NCBI RefSeq assembly: GCF_000025945.1
Contig: NC_006138.1
Span: forward strand, 2,520,001 to 2,552,000
Length of the DNA stretch: 32,000 bases
Direction of reading: 5' to 3'
Source: Desulfotalea psychrophila LSv54
GTDB lineage: Bacteria; Desulfobacterota; Desulfobulbia; Desulfobulbales; Desulfocapsaceae
Below the pieces are notes generated by a model that saw only the letters and a program-made list of their open reading frames with translations, did no database searches and was not told where the DNA came from. The number at the start of each line of letters is the position of its first letter. The first letter of the stretch is position 1. Below are positions 9,226 to 19,500 of the stretch, piece after piece. A program made the translations under genes and the position numbers.

Positions 9226-10962
9226 CTACATCGCTGTCATTGGTAGATACTCAGGACTCCAGCGCATCTTAGAAATAAGCACCTTCATTCGAGCAGGGTC
9301 ATTATTGTGGCTAAAATCGGAATAGACACATGGTCTGCTCACCCCATGCTCAATCGCACATGTGGCGACGGCAAGGGCTACCTTCTCACTCACCTTGGAT
9401 ATTTCACTTACCTCGGGCACCAAACAGCCTCGATCAAGGGCCTCCTGACTAAGAGAATTTGATACGGCGTAGGCTGCTGCAGTGAAAAATTCAGGCAACA
9501 CCTCACGCGCTCCAGAGGCAAGCACCCCAAGACCAACACCAGGGAAGACAAAGACATTATTACACTGGCCAATGCGTGAGGTCTTGCCATCATGTTCCAC
9601 CGGAGCAAAGGGGCTACCAGTAGCCACAAGTGCCTGCCCATTTGTCCATGCGTAGATATCTTTAGGCTGTGCTTCAGCCATATGGGTTGGATTAGAAAGA
9701 GGGAAAATAACGGGTCTCTCTGTATTCCCCAGCATATTCTTGACAACGGTCTCGGTAAAACATCCACCCTGTCCCGAGGTGCCGATAAGAACGGTAACAC
9801 CTGCCTGCTTAATAACATTTTCAAGCTTATGATTTTCAGGATCTGCCAACCAGGAGAGCTTGGCTCCATCCTTGGCAAATTTCTTTTTGTAGGCCTCTAT
9901 TTTACGATCAACGGTGACCACACCACGTGAGTCAATGGTAAAGACCTTATCTCTAGCCTCCTCTTCAGACAGACCCTCTGCCATCAGGGCTACCTGAATC
10001 TGCTCACCAATCCCAACACCACCGGCACCTGCGCCATGAATAAGAAATACCTGATCGGTAAGCTTGGCGCGCTTAACTTTCATTGCGGAAAGAATCGCCG
10101 AGAAGGTAATAGCACCGGTACCCTGAACATCATCGTTAAAGGAGACCATGGAATGACGGTACTTATCACGGATATCGAAGGCATTTTGCTTGGAGAAATC
10201 TTCCCACTGACAGAGGGCATTCGGAAACACATTTCTGAAGGCACGGGCAAAACGATCAATAAAAGCGGTATATTCATCTCCTACGAGACGCTTCTGGCGC
10301 CAACCGAGGTAATGTTTGTCGGCAAGTAACGCCTCGTTGTCGGTACCAATATCAAGAGAGATGGGCAGACAATGCCATGGGGCAATACCTGCACCCTGGG
10401 TATAAAGCATTAATTTTCCAAGGCAAATGGCGATACCGCCTGCTCCCTGATCACCTATTCCAAGAATTCCCTGATTATCAGTAACAACGGCAACCCGAAT
10501 ATCACGATGGGCAAAACGACGAAGAATGTCCTCTGCCTGGTCAATGGTATCTGGAGAGAAATGAAGTCCGTTTGCCTGCCTGAACATTGCAGAGTACTTC
10601 TGCACAGCAAGCCCAACCGTCGGCGTATAGATAATACCCATGAATTTTTCTAAGTCACTCTGAATAAGGGCATGGGCAAGGGTGACATTACGATCAAAAA
10701 GAGAACGGATAAAAATATATTTTTCTTCCTCACTTTCTTTTTCACCAAGCTTTATATGACAATTTTCTACCTGCGCTTCAAGATCACGAAAGCCAGGTGG
10801 TAAAGAACCCTGAAGTCCAAAGTCATCACGTTCTTTAGAACTAAAGGCCGTGCTTTTATTGGTGTAGCTACAGGACATAATACTTGGCCCTGTTCCATAA
10901 ACAGCAATGTCACGTGTATTACCAAACTCATCATACTTAAACCGATACAAATCTGAAGACAT
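9226..10962 (-). CDS. maeA: NAD-dependent malic enzyme (oxaloacetate-decarboxylating malate dehydrogenase)
   Basis: 578 aa, the large malic-enzyme type. It has FNDDVQGTGA, the dinucleotide fold FLIHGAGAGGVGIG, IFPLSNPT, and the N-terminal FSSKERDDFGL...LPP pattern. Cofactor preference (NAD vs NADP) is inferred only from size and type. Confidence 0.9.
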   Translation of the reverse strand: MSSDLYRFKYDEFGNTRDIAVYGTGPSIMSCSYTNKSTAFSSKERDDFGLQGSLPPGFRDLEAQVENCHIKLGEKESEEEKYIFIRSLFDRNVTLAHALIQSDLEKFMGIIYTPTVGLAVQKYSAMFRQANGLHFSPDTIDQAEDILRRFAHRDIRVAVVTDNQGILGIGDQGAGGIAICLGKLMLYTQGAGIAPWHCLPISLDIGTDNEALLADKHYLGWRQKRLVGDEYTAFIDRFARAFRNVFPNALCQWEDFSKQNAFDIRDKYRHSMVSFNDDVQGTGAITFSAILSAMKVKRAKLTDQVFLIHGAGAGGVGIGEQIQVALMAEGLSEEEARDKVFTIDSRGVVTVDRKIEAYKKKFAKDGAKLSWLADPENHKLENVIKQAGVTVLIGTSGQGGCFTETVVKNMLGNTERPVIFPLSNPTHMAEAQPKDIYAWTNGQALVATGSPFAPVEHDGKTSRIGQCNNVFVFPGVGLGVLASGAREVLPEFFTAAAYAVSNSLSQEALDRGCLVPEVSEISKVSEKVALAVATCAIEHGVSRPCVYSDFSHNNDPARMKVLISKMRWSPEYLPMTAM

Positions 10963-11066
10963 TTCTCTACTCCTGAAAAATTTTAATTAACTTAACAAAC
11001 TTCAGTGATTTCTCCTGCCGCCACTAGCTGTACGCACAAAAAAAAGCATTCCTTAATGCTATCCAA

Positions 11067-11095
11067 TTGACAACAAAGATCCCATGAGCAATAGT
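11067..11095 (+). promoter_or_regulatory. Candidate sigma70 promoter (perfect TTGACA, 17-nt spacer, AATAGT) directly in front of the aminomutase ATG
   Basis: TTGACA at 11067-11072 and AATAGT at 11090-11095. The predicted start site would fall at about 11102-11103, on the ATG itself. No Shine-Dalgarno is visible upstream of 11103. Confidence 0.3.
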
Positions 11096-11102
11096 ATGCA
11101 TC

Positions 11103-12164
11103 ATGAATAATTGGAAAAACATATTACAAGAAAGTATTACTTCGCCTAGCCAACTCCACCTTTTCAAAAAAAAACATCAAAATCTTAATGAAACGATATC
11201 AAATAAAGTTATACCAGATTTCCCTATGCGCATAAACTCTTATTTTCTGAGTTTAATAGAAGAAGTTGGCGATCCAATCTGGAAACAGTGCATTCCCGAT
11301 CCACGCGAAGAAGAGGATTTCATCTGCATGGAAGATCCCTTAGGAGAAGAGGCCCTAAGTCCGGTACCCAACCTTGTTCATAAATACCCTGACAGAGCTT
11401 TACTTCTCGTCACCAATCAATGCGCAGTGTACTGTCGTTTTTGTACCAGAAAGAGAATGGTCGGTACAGAACGAATGCATATAACAGAGGAAAACCTGCA
11501 GGCCTGCTACGATTATTTACGCAGGACCCCGGCAATACGTGAGGTACTTATTTCAGGTGGTGATCCACTCCTTCTTGCAGATGATAAAATAGATCATATT
11601 TTATCCGAGCTACAGAGCATTCCCTCAATTGATGTTATCCGTATTGGCTCACGGGTACCCTGCACCCTACCAATGCGCATAACGCCAGAGCTTGTCGCTA
11701 TCCTGCGAAAATATCATCCCCTTTACATTAATACCCACTTTAACCATCCCCGGGAACTTACCCCTGAGGCAAAAAAGGCCTGCGCCCTTCTTGCCGATGG
11801 TGGCATACCACTTGGTTGCCAAACGGTACTCCTTAAAGGGGTAAATGATAATGCTCAGACCCTCAAAGAACTTTTTTTAGGGCTACTCAAGATGCGGGTC
11901 AAACCTTATTATCTCTTTCAAGCTGATCTCACCCGCGGCACAAACCATTTCCGCACAACCACAAAGACAGGAATTGATATTATGCGCCAACTCTATGGCC
12001 ATATATCAGGAATGGCCATTCCTCGTCTGGCACTCGATGCACCGGGAGGAAAGGGAAAAATACCTCTCTCACCAAATTATATTAAAGAATCAGGAGAGAA
12101 TCTTATTTTTGAAAATTATTTAGGTGAAATATGCTCATACCCCGAGGCAGTTGATCCTCTTTAA
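11103..12164 (+). CDS. KamA-family radical SAM protein (lysine 2,3-aminomutase / EpmB-like)
   Basis: 353 aa with the radical-SAM cluster CAVYCRFCTRKRM in the KamA context (LLLVTNQCAVYCRFC), SGGDPLLL, the PYYLFQAD motif, and the N-terminal FPMRINSYF typical of the family. Size is closer to EpmB (about 340 aa) than to clostridial KamA (about 416 aa). Function is not resolvable from sequence alone. Confidence 0.85.
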   Translation: MNNWKNILQESITSPSQLHLFKKKHQNLNETISNKVIPDFPMRINSYFLSLIEEVGDPIWKQCIPDPREEEDFICMEDPLGEEALSPVPNLVHKYPDRALLLVTNQCAVYCRFCTRKRMVGTERMHITEENLQACYDYLRRTPAIREVLISGGDPLLLADDKIDHILSELQSIPSIDVIRIGSRVPCTLPMRITPELVAILRKYHPLYINTHFNHPRELTPEAKKACALLADGGIPLGCQTVLLKGVNDNAQTLKELFLGLLKMRVKPYYLFQADLTRGTNHFRTTTKTGIDIMRQLYGHISGMAIPRLALDAPGGKGKIPLSPNYIKESGENLIFENYLGEICSYPEAVDPL

Positions 12165-12271
12165 AAAAATCTCTACCACAAAAAACAACACTTAAAGTTG
12201 CAAAAACAACTTATACCGGTCATAGTAATCAGAATTAATTGATTTTTTATCTTTTACTCACCTAAATAATT

Positions 12272-13822
12272 ATGCAAAAAGCAGATATTATACGACAGGC
12301 ATTACACTCACGTGAGCTCCCCACCCTGCCTGTCGTGGCCAGCCAAATACTGACGCTTACAGCTGCAGAAGACGTAACCCTGACCTCTATTGCCCAACTC
12401 GTCTCACAGGATATTTCACTCTCAGCAAAAATGCTTAAGGTGGTGAACTCAGCCCACTACGGCTTCCCCCAAGACATATCATCGATTAATCAGGCAGTCT
12501 CCCTACTCGGTCTAAATGCAGTCAGATGCCTTGTCCTCTCCTTCTCATTTTTATCAATGAAGGTTGAACAGAAGGCAAATCTCTTTGATTTTAAAAGTTT
12601 CTGGCAGAGATCGCTTGCCTCAACCGTTACGGCTAAACTGATCCTCGATAATATTGAAAATGCCAACAGCGAAGAGGTCCTTATTACCGGCTTACTGCAA
12701 AACCTTGGTGAGCTTATCTTTGCTGTAGTTTTTCCTGATAAATATGAGGAGATACTGGAAAACTCAGAAGAGATCACCGCAGATAAGGGTACAACTGAAA
12801 GGGCCATTTTATCTGTAACCCATTGCAGGATGGGTTACGAAATTGCTAAGGCGTGGGCTCTGCCACCAAGTATCTATGTGCCTATTCTCTACCATCACAG
12901 CCCCAAAAGCTATACTGGTGGAAGTGCAGATGTGCAGAGAACAATTTCTGCCATCTATCTCTCCGACATTCTCACTCAGATTTTTTTTTCTCGGACACCA
13001 GAAATATATTACAACAAATTCCGGAAAGAGGCTCGCTCACTCCTGATGCTCAAGGAAGAAGATATTCAAAATATCCTCGCCAATGTGCATACCGAAATAA
13101 AAAAAGCCGGCAGTACCTTTGATATCGAAATAAAAAAAATACGCTCCATTCAGGATATTCTTCAAGAGGCTAATATACGCTTAAGCTTGCTCAATCTTAA
13201 CTACGACCAGGTAAATAGAAAACTTGTTGAAACCACTATAGAACTTGAAAAACTAACGGAAGAACTTGCTAAAAAAAACAGACAACTTGAAACCCTGGCA
13301 AATATTGATGGTTTAACGAATTGCTATAACCACAGATATTTTCAAAACGCCCTGGACCAGGAACTCAGCCGATCCAGCAGAAACAGTTTAGCAATCTCTT
13401 TAATCATGTTTGACATAGATAATTTCAAGAGATTTAACGATAGTTATGGCCACCAGGCAGGCGACTTTATACTTTGCGAGCTCACCAGGCTCATCCAGGA
13501 GCAGATCCGAAAAGACGACGTTCTTGCTCGTTATGGAGGAGAAGAATTTGTCATAATCCTCCCGGAGACAGAAAAAGAGGACGCCCTTATCGTCGCAGAA
13601 AAAGTTAGACACGCCTGTGAAGAGCACTCCTTTCAAAACATCCACAAGACACACCAGATTACCATAAGCTTGGGTGTCGCCACCGAACATTCTGCCCAGA
13701 TATCACCACTTAACAAGACCTCTTTTATCGACAAGACAGACCTTGCCCTTTATAGCGCCAAAGAAAATGGCAGAAACAAGGTTGTGGTATACTCTCCCAA
13801 AAAAAGAAAGTGGTTCCTATAG
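12272..13822 (+). CDS. HDOD domain / coiled-coil / GGDEF diguanylate cyclase
   Basis: 516 aa. The N-terminal HDOD pattern is LPTLPVVASQIL...LSAKMLKVVNSAHYG...INQAVSLLGLNAV. A central heptad-rich linker (LEKLTEELAKKNRQLETLANID) follows. The C-terminal GGDEF domain has an intact GGEEF active site and an RxxD I-site (RKDD) five residues upstream. Confidence 0.9.
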   Translation: MQKADIIRQALHSRELPTLPVVASQILTLTAAEDVTLTSIAQLVSQDISLSAKMLKVVNSAHYGFPQDISSINQAVSLLGLNAVRCLVLSFSFLSMKVEQKANLFDFKSFWQRSLASTVTAKLILDNIENANSEEVLITGLLQNLGELIFAVVFPDKYEEILENSEEITADKGTTERAILSVTHCRMGYEIAKAWALPPSIYVPILYHHSPKSYTGGSADVQRTISAIYLSDILTQIFFSRTPEIYYNKFRKEARSLLMLKEEDIQNILANVHTEIKKAGSTFDIEIKKIRSIQDILQEANIRLSLLNLNYDQVNRKLVETTIELEKLTEELAKKNRQLETLANIDGLTNCYNHRYFQNALDQELSRSSRNSLAISLIMFDIDNFKRFNDSYGHQAGDFILCELTRLIQEQIRKDDVLARYGGEEFVIILPETEKEDALIVAEKVRHACEEHSFQNIHKTHQITISLGVATEHSAQISPLNKTSFIDKTDLALYSAKENGRNKVVVYSPKKRKWFL

Positions 13823-13829
13823 TAGAGGT

Positions 13830-16436
13830 TCACATAAGATTTTCTGGATCAACATCAATAATCATCGTTATCTTTGCCAGCAACAGCTCTTTCCCGGCAG
13901 ACTCCACCCTGTGACAGAGGGTATGTAACTTCTCGTAACAGCTCCCTTTTATGAGCACCTGCCAACGGTAGGAATCCTTTATCCTGTCAATAGGAGCAGG
14001 GGCAGGGCCCAGTATGTCAACTTGAAGTTTTTTATCCCGATTTTCCCGGCGACAAAAGTTGGCTATATTTCCCGCACTATTCTTTACCTGCCCCTCGTTC
14101 TCACCTCGAATATGAAAGGCTATCAGACGGACAAATGGTGGGAAAAGCGGGTTTTGCCTAAGAGATATTTCATGCTCATAAAAGGCCTGATAGTCATGAT
14201 TGCGGGCAAAGGCAATAGCATAATGGTCCGGACGCATGGTTTGAATAAACACCTTGCCAGGAGAATCACCTCGCCCGGCCCGGCCGGTTACCTGACTAAT
14301 CAGCTGATAAGTTTTTTCTGCGGCCCGAAAATCAGGTAAACTCATCCCGCCATCGGCCCAGACAACACCTACTAAAACCACCCCGGGAAAATGATGGCCC
14401 TTGGCAATCATCTGAGTACCAATAAGTACATCTATCTGACCATCACGCATCTTTTGCAATATTTTCAAAAAATGTTCTCTGTTCCCAGCTGTATCAGAGT
14501 CCAGCCTCGCTACCCGAGCCTCTGGAAGCAATTTTTGCACCTCTTCCTCAACACGCTCTGTGCCAAAACCCACGGGCACAATATTTGCTCCGCCACAACT
14601 TCTACAGACGGTTGCTTCGGGCAGGGAAAAGCCACAATAATGGCACACCAATTTTTTTGAATGCCTGTGCAGAGTCAAAGAGACATTACAACGCTTACAG
14701 GAGACAATTTCCCCACAATCACGACAAAGAACAATAGCTGAAAATCCCCGCCTGTTCATAAGTAAAATGGACTGTTTGCCCTGAGCCAGTACCTCCTTGA
14801 GTGCTGTCTGCAGGGGAGGTTGAAAGATCCCCTTCTTCTTCTTTCCCTTATCTCTAGTGTTAAGATCGATCACCCTTACCCGTGGCAGGGTTCTGGAACC
14901 AATCCTGTTCTTCATTGTCAGAAGGCGGTATTTACCACTTTTGGCATGATAAAAGCTTGTTACCGAAGGCGTTGCTGAACCGAGGACAACCGTAGCAGAG
15001 TGGTATTTTGCCCGAAGAACGGCAAGGTCCCGAGCATTATAACGAAAGCTGTCATCCTGCTTAAAGCCACCATCATGTTCCTCATCGACCAGGATGAGTC
15101 CAACATTTTTCAGGGGAGCAAAAATTGCCGACCGTGCCCCAATAACAATTTTAGCCCGGCCAGAGAGGGCAAGGCTCCACTGGTCATACTTTTCACTGGC
15201 CTTTAAACCGGAGTGTTGCAAAACCACAAGATCACCAAAACGGGAGACAAAATAGGCCTCTAGTTGGGTGGCCAGAGCAATTTCTGGCACCAAAACGAGG
15301 ACATCTCTGCCCCGAGCTATGGCCTCCTCGGCCGAGCGCAGATAGACCTCGGTCTTGCCACTTCCAGTAATCCCATAAAGTAGAAAGGGAGCAAAAATTT
15401 CCCCTTCTATTGTCTTCTTTATTTCACTGCAGGCCTCTTCCTGCTCAGGACTCAGCTCTTCGATGCGGGGGAAAAAGGGCAAGGTATCACCAAAGGGATT
15501 ACGAAAAACGCGTCTTTGAAAACGTTCAACAAGCCCTCGCTCTTCAAGATAGACCAGAGCCTTAGCAGCACCCGGATAGAGCCTGAGCAGATCTCGTCTG
15601 GGCACATCGGTACTGTTATTTTTATGGGCCAAATAGGACAAATAGTAGAGAGTTTTTGCCTCAGAAAAAAGCATCTTCCCGGTAATGGACGACAACAGAC
15701 TCTGGCGGAACTCCTCTATCTGAGAGGTTTCAGGGGAAAGCTCTGCCTGCAGGGAGTCAATATCAAGGGCTAATCCAAGCAAATGATAGCATATTTCATT
15801 TTTTTCCCGGACACTATCACCGACCTGCTCCTGTCCTATCTGGACAAGTCCCAATTCTTCCAACTTGGTAAGGAGAGTTCTGTTTTTGGACTCCTTTAAC
15901 AGAGACCGGCTTTCAGCAAAGCTGAGCTTACCCAGTTGGCAAACCCTCTGCAGCCAATCGGGCATCTCCTGTATAAGCCCAGCTAATTTTTTCTCATCCC
16001 ACGGGGCCTCTCCTCTTTTTATGACAGAGACCGTCTTCTGGGTCAGGCCACCGGGTAGGGCACTTTTAATAACAAGCCCGAGTGGATAATGATAATAATC
16101 TGAAATCCATTTAAAAAATGGCAACATATTACTATGAAAAAGGGCGCCCTTATCTAAAAAACGAAGGATAGAACGAATCTTATACTTTTTTTCTTCCCTC
16201 CCCTCTGGACAAGCAACCTTTTCCCTTAAAATATTTATAATATAGGCGGTAGCCTGCCTGCCACTAAGCGGCACCAGAACTCGCATGCCAAGCATATGGG
16301 CATCTGAACGGCCACCGGTATCAACCCCCCTTAGCGAGTAGGTAAGTATTTGATTTACCGGCAGGGCAAGAGCAACCTCTACCTCTGGATCTATTTTAAT
16401 TTCCACTATATCCCCAAAAAAATCTCCCATTGCCAC
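13830..16436 (-). CDS. priA: Primosomal protein N' (replication restart helicase PriA)
   Basis: 868 aa with Walker A GITGSGKTEVY, the DEEH box (LILVDEEHD), the Cys-rich zinc module CRDCGEIVSCKRCNVSLTLH...CHYCGF...CRSCGG, and GRAGRG. The N-terminal DNA-binding part is about 130 aa longer than in E. coli PriA. Confidence 0.93.
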   Translation of the reverse strand: MAMGDFFGDIVEIKIDPEVEVALALPVNQILTYSLRGVDTGGRSDAHMLGMRVLVPLSGRQATAYIINILREKVACPEGREEKKYKIRSILRFLDKGALFHSNMLPFFKWISDYYHYPLGLVIKSALPGGLTQKTVSVIKRGEAPWDEKKLAGLIQEMPDWLQRVCQLGKLSFAESRSLLKESKNRTLLTKLEELGLVQIGQEQVGDSVREKNEICYHLLGLALDIDSLQAELSPETSQIEEFRQSLLSSITGKMLFSEAKTLYYLSYLAHKNNSTDVPRRDLLRLYPGAAKALVYLEERGLVERFQRRVFRNPFGDTLPFFPRIEELSPEQEEACSEIKKTIEGEIFAPFLLYGITGSGKTEVYLRSAEEAIARGRDVLVLVPEIALATQLEAYFVSRFGDLVVLQHSGLKASEKYDQWSLALSGRAKIVIGARSAIFAPLKNVGLILVDEEHDGGFKQDDSFRYNARDLAVLRAKYHSATVVLGSATPSVTSFYHAKSGKYRLLTMKNRIGSRTLPRVRVIDLNTRDKGKKKKGIFQPPLQTALKEVLAQGKQSILLMNRRGFSAIVLCRDCGEIVSCKRCNVSLTLHRHSKKLVCHYCGFSLPEATVCRSCGGANIVPVGFGTERVEEEVQKLLPEARVARLDSDTAGNREHFLKILQKMRDGQIDVLIGTQMIAKGHHFPGVVLVGVVWADGGMSLPDFRAAEKTYQLISQVTGRAGRGDSPGKVFIQTMRPDHYAIAFARNHDYQAFYEHEISLRQNPLFPPFVRLIAFHIRGENEGQVKNSAGNIANFCRRENRDKKLQVDILGPAPAPIDRIKDSYRWQVLIKGSCYEKLHTLCHRVESAGKELLLAKITMIIDVDPENLM

Positions 16437-16533
16437 TTAGACAAGAGGAGAAAAAGCACAAACTTGCAAAAAAGCTACTGCTCATCCCCTTCTTATGGTA
16501 AAAAGCAGGCGCAGAGTCTAATAAATAAACAAT

Positions 16534-19500
16534 ATGTACCATATATTCTTCCCCACATCCATTATCACCATGTCAAAACTTCTCACCATACTACCGATAG
16601 ACAAACATAAAGACGAAATTATCACCGCGATCAAAGAGAACCAAGTTATCGTTATCGCTGGAGATACAGGATCTGGCAAGACAACACGCCTACCACAGTA
16701 CTGTCTCGAAGTAGCCCAGGAGGGTAAGTTAGTGGGTTGTACCCAACCAAGACGACTTGCCGCTGTATCCGTTGCCGCCCGGGTGGGAGAAGAGGTTGGA
16801 CGAAGTGAAGAGGTGGGCTATAAAATTCGTTTTCACGATTACACCACAGCAAAAACAAAGATAAAGTTTATGACCGATGGTGTCCTTTTGGCAGAGACAA
16901 AAAGTGACAGAGATCTCCGTAAATACTCTATCCTGATAGTCGATGAGGCCCATGAAAGAAATCTCAACATTGATTTCCTCCTTGGTTACCTGAAGAGACT
17001 GTTGCCAAGACGACCGGATCTCAAATTAATTATCACCTCGGCAACCATTGATACAGCATCTTTTGCCAAGCATTTTAATAACGCCCCGCTCATCTCCATC
17101 GAGGGACGTACTTTCCCCATCGACCTGCGCTATGCACCTATTGCAGATGAGGATGAAGATTACCTTGAACACTGCACCGGGGTTGTAAGCCAACTTTTTT
17201 TACGGGAACGTCCGGCAGATACCCTGATATTCTTACCAACGGAAAAAGATATCCGCAACTGCTGCGAGATGCTGGCCAAGCATATCCCAAATGTAGAGAT
17301 ACTGCCCCTTTTCGGTCGCCTGCAGGGAAGTGACCAACGGCGAATTTTCCAGCCATGTCCTCAGGGAAAGATTGCTAAAATTGTCGTTGCCACCAATGTG
17401 GCAGAAACATCCATCACGGTACCGGGCATACGTTATGTAATAGACAGTGGTCTGGCCAGAATGACCTATTACAGTGTCCGTTCAAAAACAACCAGCCTTC
17501 CTATTCAAAAAATTTCCCGGGCCAGCTGTGACCAGAGAAAGGGCCGTTGCGGTCGGGTATCTTCCGGTACCTGCATTAGACTCTTTGCAGAGGAAGACTA
17601 TCTGGGACGTGATGAATTTACCCTGCCCGAGATTAAAAGATCCAATCTTGCCGAAGTCCTTCTGCAGATGAGCAGTCTAAAATTGGGGGATCCAAATAAA
17701 TTTCCCTTTGTTGATCCGCCGGCCACCAGCACTATTCGGGATGGCTATGCCCTTCTGCAAGAGCTGGGGGCAATCAAGGGGTACGAACTAACCCTACGCG
17801 GGAAAATAATGGCAGATCTACCTATTGATCCCTGTATTTCCAGAATATTAATAGAGGCCAGCAGCAACAGCTGTCTGCGCGAAACAATGATTATTGCCGC
17901 AGCCCTCAGTGTTCAGGACCCGCGAATCAGACCGGCTGAAAAGGAGAAAGAGGCAGACCAGGTTCATCAACGTTTTGCCCATAAACACTCAGACTTTATG
18001 GCCCTGCTCAATATCTGGAATAGCTTTCATGAAGAGGAAGAGAAAAAATCGTGGTCAAGGCTGAAAAAATTCTGCAAAAGCAATTTTCTCTCCTTTCAAA
18101 GAATGCGTGAATGGCTTGATCTACATGAACAGCTGTGCCGAATAGTTAAACGGTACAAGGAGTTCTCTTTTAATGAAAATGACGGCTCATACGAACAGAT
18201 CCACAGATCCATTCTTGCCGGATTTCTTCGTAATATTGCCCTAAAAAAAGAGAAGAAGATCTACATGGGGGCAGGAAACAGAGAACTGATGGTTTTTCCC
18301 GGTTCCCACCTCTTCCAAAGTGCAGGACAGTGGATTATGGCTGCAGGATTCCTCGATACTAACCGTCTCTACGCCTTAACGGTGGCAACAATTGAGGTTG
18401 ACTGGATTGAACCCCTGGCAAAGTCACTCTGCAGGTACAGCTGGGCAAACCCTCGTTGGGAGAAAAAAACAGGACAGGTCATAGCCGACGAGAAGGTTAC
18501 CCTTTTTGGCCTTGTTCTGCTTGCCAGCCGTAGGGTAAATTTCGGTAAAAGAGACAAAAAGAACAGAGCCGAAGCCCGACGTATCTTTATAGAATCTGCT
18601 CTTCTCAGTGGTGATCTTTGGGGGAAATACCCCTTCCTGAAAAACAATCTCACTCTGGTTAGCCAGTGGCAGGAAACTGAAGAACGATTAAGAAAAAGAG
18701 ACATTGTCTACAGTGATACTGCCCTCCATCAGTTTTATCAAGATCGACTTGGCGAAGATGTCTATGACAGAACAAGCCTGGAAAAATTTTTGAAACAGAC
18801 AGAGGACAAAAAAGCTCTCTTTATGACAGAGCAGGACATACTACGCCGGACCCCGGAGACAAGTGAATATGCAGATTTTCCCACCACTATACAGATTGGA
18901 TCCCTCTCGCTTAAGCTCAGTTACACCTTTGATCCCCGCGGCAACCGTGACGGTTTAACAGTTCATATACCCGTTGATCTTGCCGACACAATCTCCCCTG
19001 GACGTTTTGACTGGCTCGTTCCCGGATTTTTAAAAGAGAAGATCACCTTCCTCTTAAAAGGCCTGCCCAAGTCTCTTAGAAAAAAGCTCGTTCCCATAAA
19101 TAGTTCCGTTGACCGAATCATGGATGATATCAGCACAAAGGCACAGTCGCCAAGTGGCAACATGCTCAGTTGCTTAGAGTCCTCTATTCTAAAACTCTAT
19201 CGATTCAACCTACAGCGCTCTGATTGGCCTCAGGAACTGCCACATCATCTCACCCCCTATTTTGTCCTTGAGGCTGATTCTGGCAAGGAGGTTTGCTCGG
19301 GAAATAATTTAAAGCAGATGCTTACCGGGACGCCAAACAAAGGTGCCATCAGTCAGGAGCAGTTTTCCTTGAAAAAAGATGCCCAGATCATAGTTGATAA
19401 GTGGAAGGGTTGGGAGGGTGACAGTTGGGCCTTCGACCAGCTTCCCGCCTCTATCCCCCTCTATAATAAGCAGGGAAGTATTTCAGGATTTTTATTTACC

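Noticed and set aside
3150-10329. Many 60-160-aa ORFs in the track lie antisense to or out of frame within the large genes. Examples: 3394..3690, 4020..4358, 4315..4683, 7264..7572, 7684..8049, 8222..8542, 9408..9878, 9592..9930, 10036..10329.
   Set aside because: Each lies wholly inside a longer ORF with unmistakable family motifs (sppA, metH, maeA). Their translations are low-complexity and Arg/Ser/Leu/Pro-rich, typical of shadow frames, and none has a Shine-Dalgarno sequence or a recognisable domain. The same applies to the internal ORFs in priA, hrpA, the hox genes, the YvcK-like gene and rsmJ.
11037-11060. A small hairpin AGCATT-CCTT-AATGCT preceded by an A8 run. On the minus strand this reads as hairpin plus U-tract, so it was considered as an attenuator in the malic-enzyme leader.
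   Set aside because: The stem is only 6 bp and AT-rich, with low predicted stability. It sits in a divergent promoter region where such AT-rich palindromes are common, and no alternative antiterminator pairing was evident.
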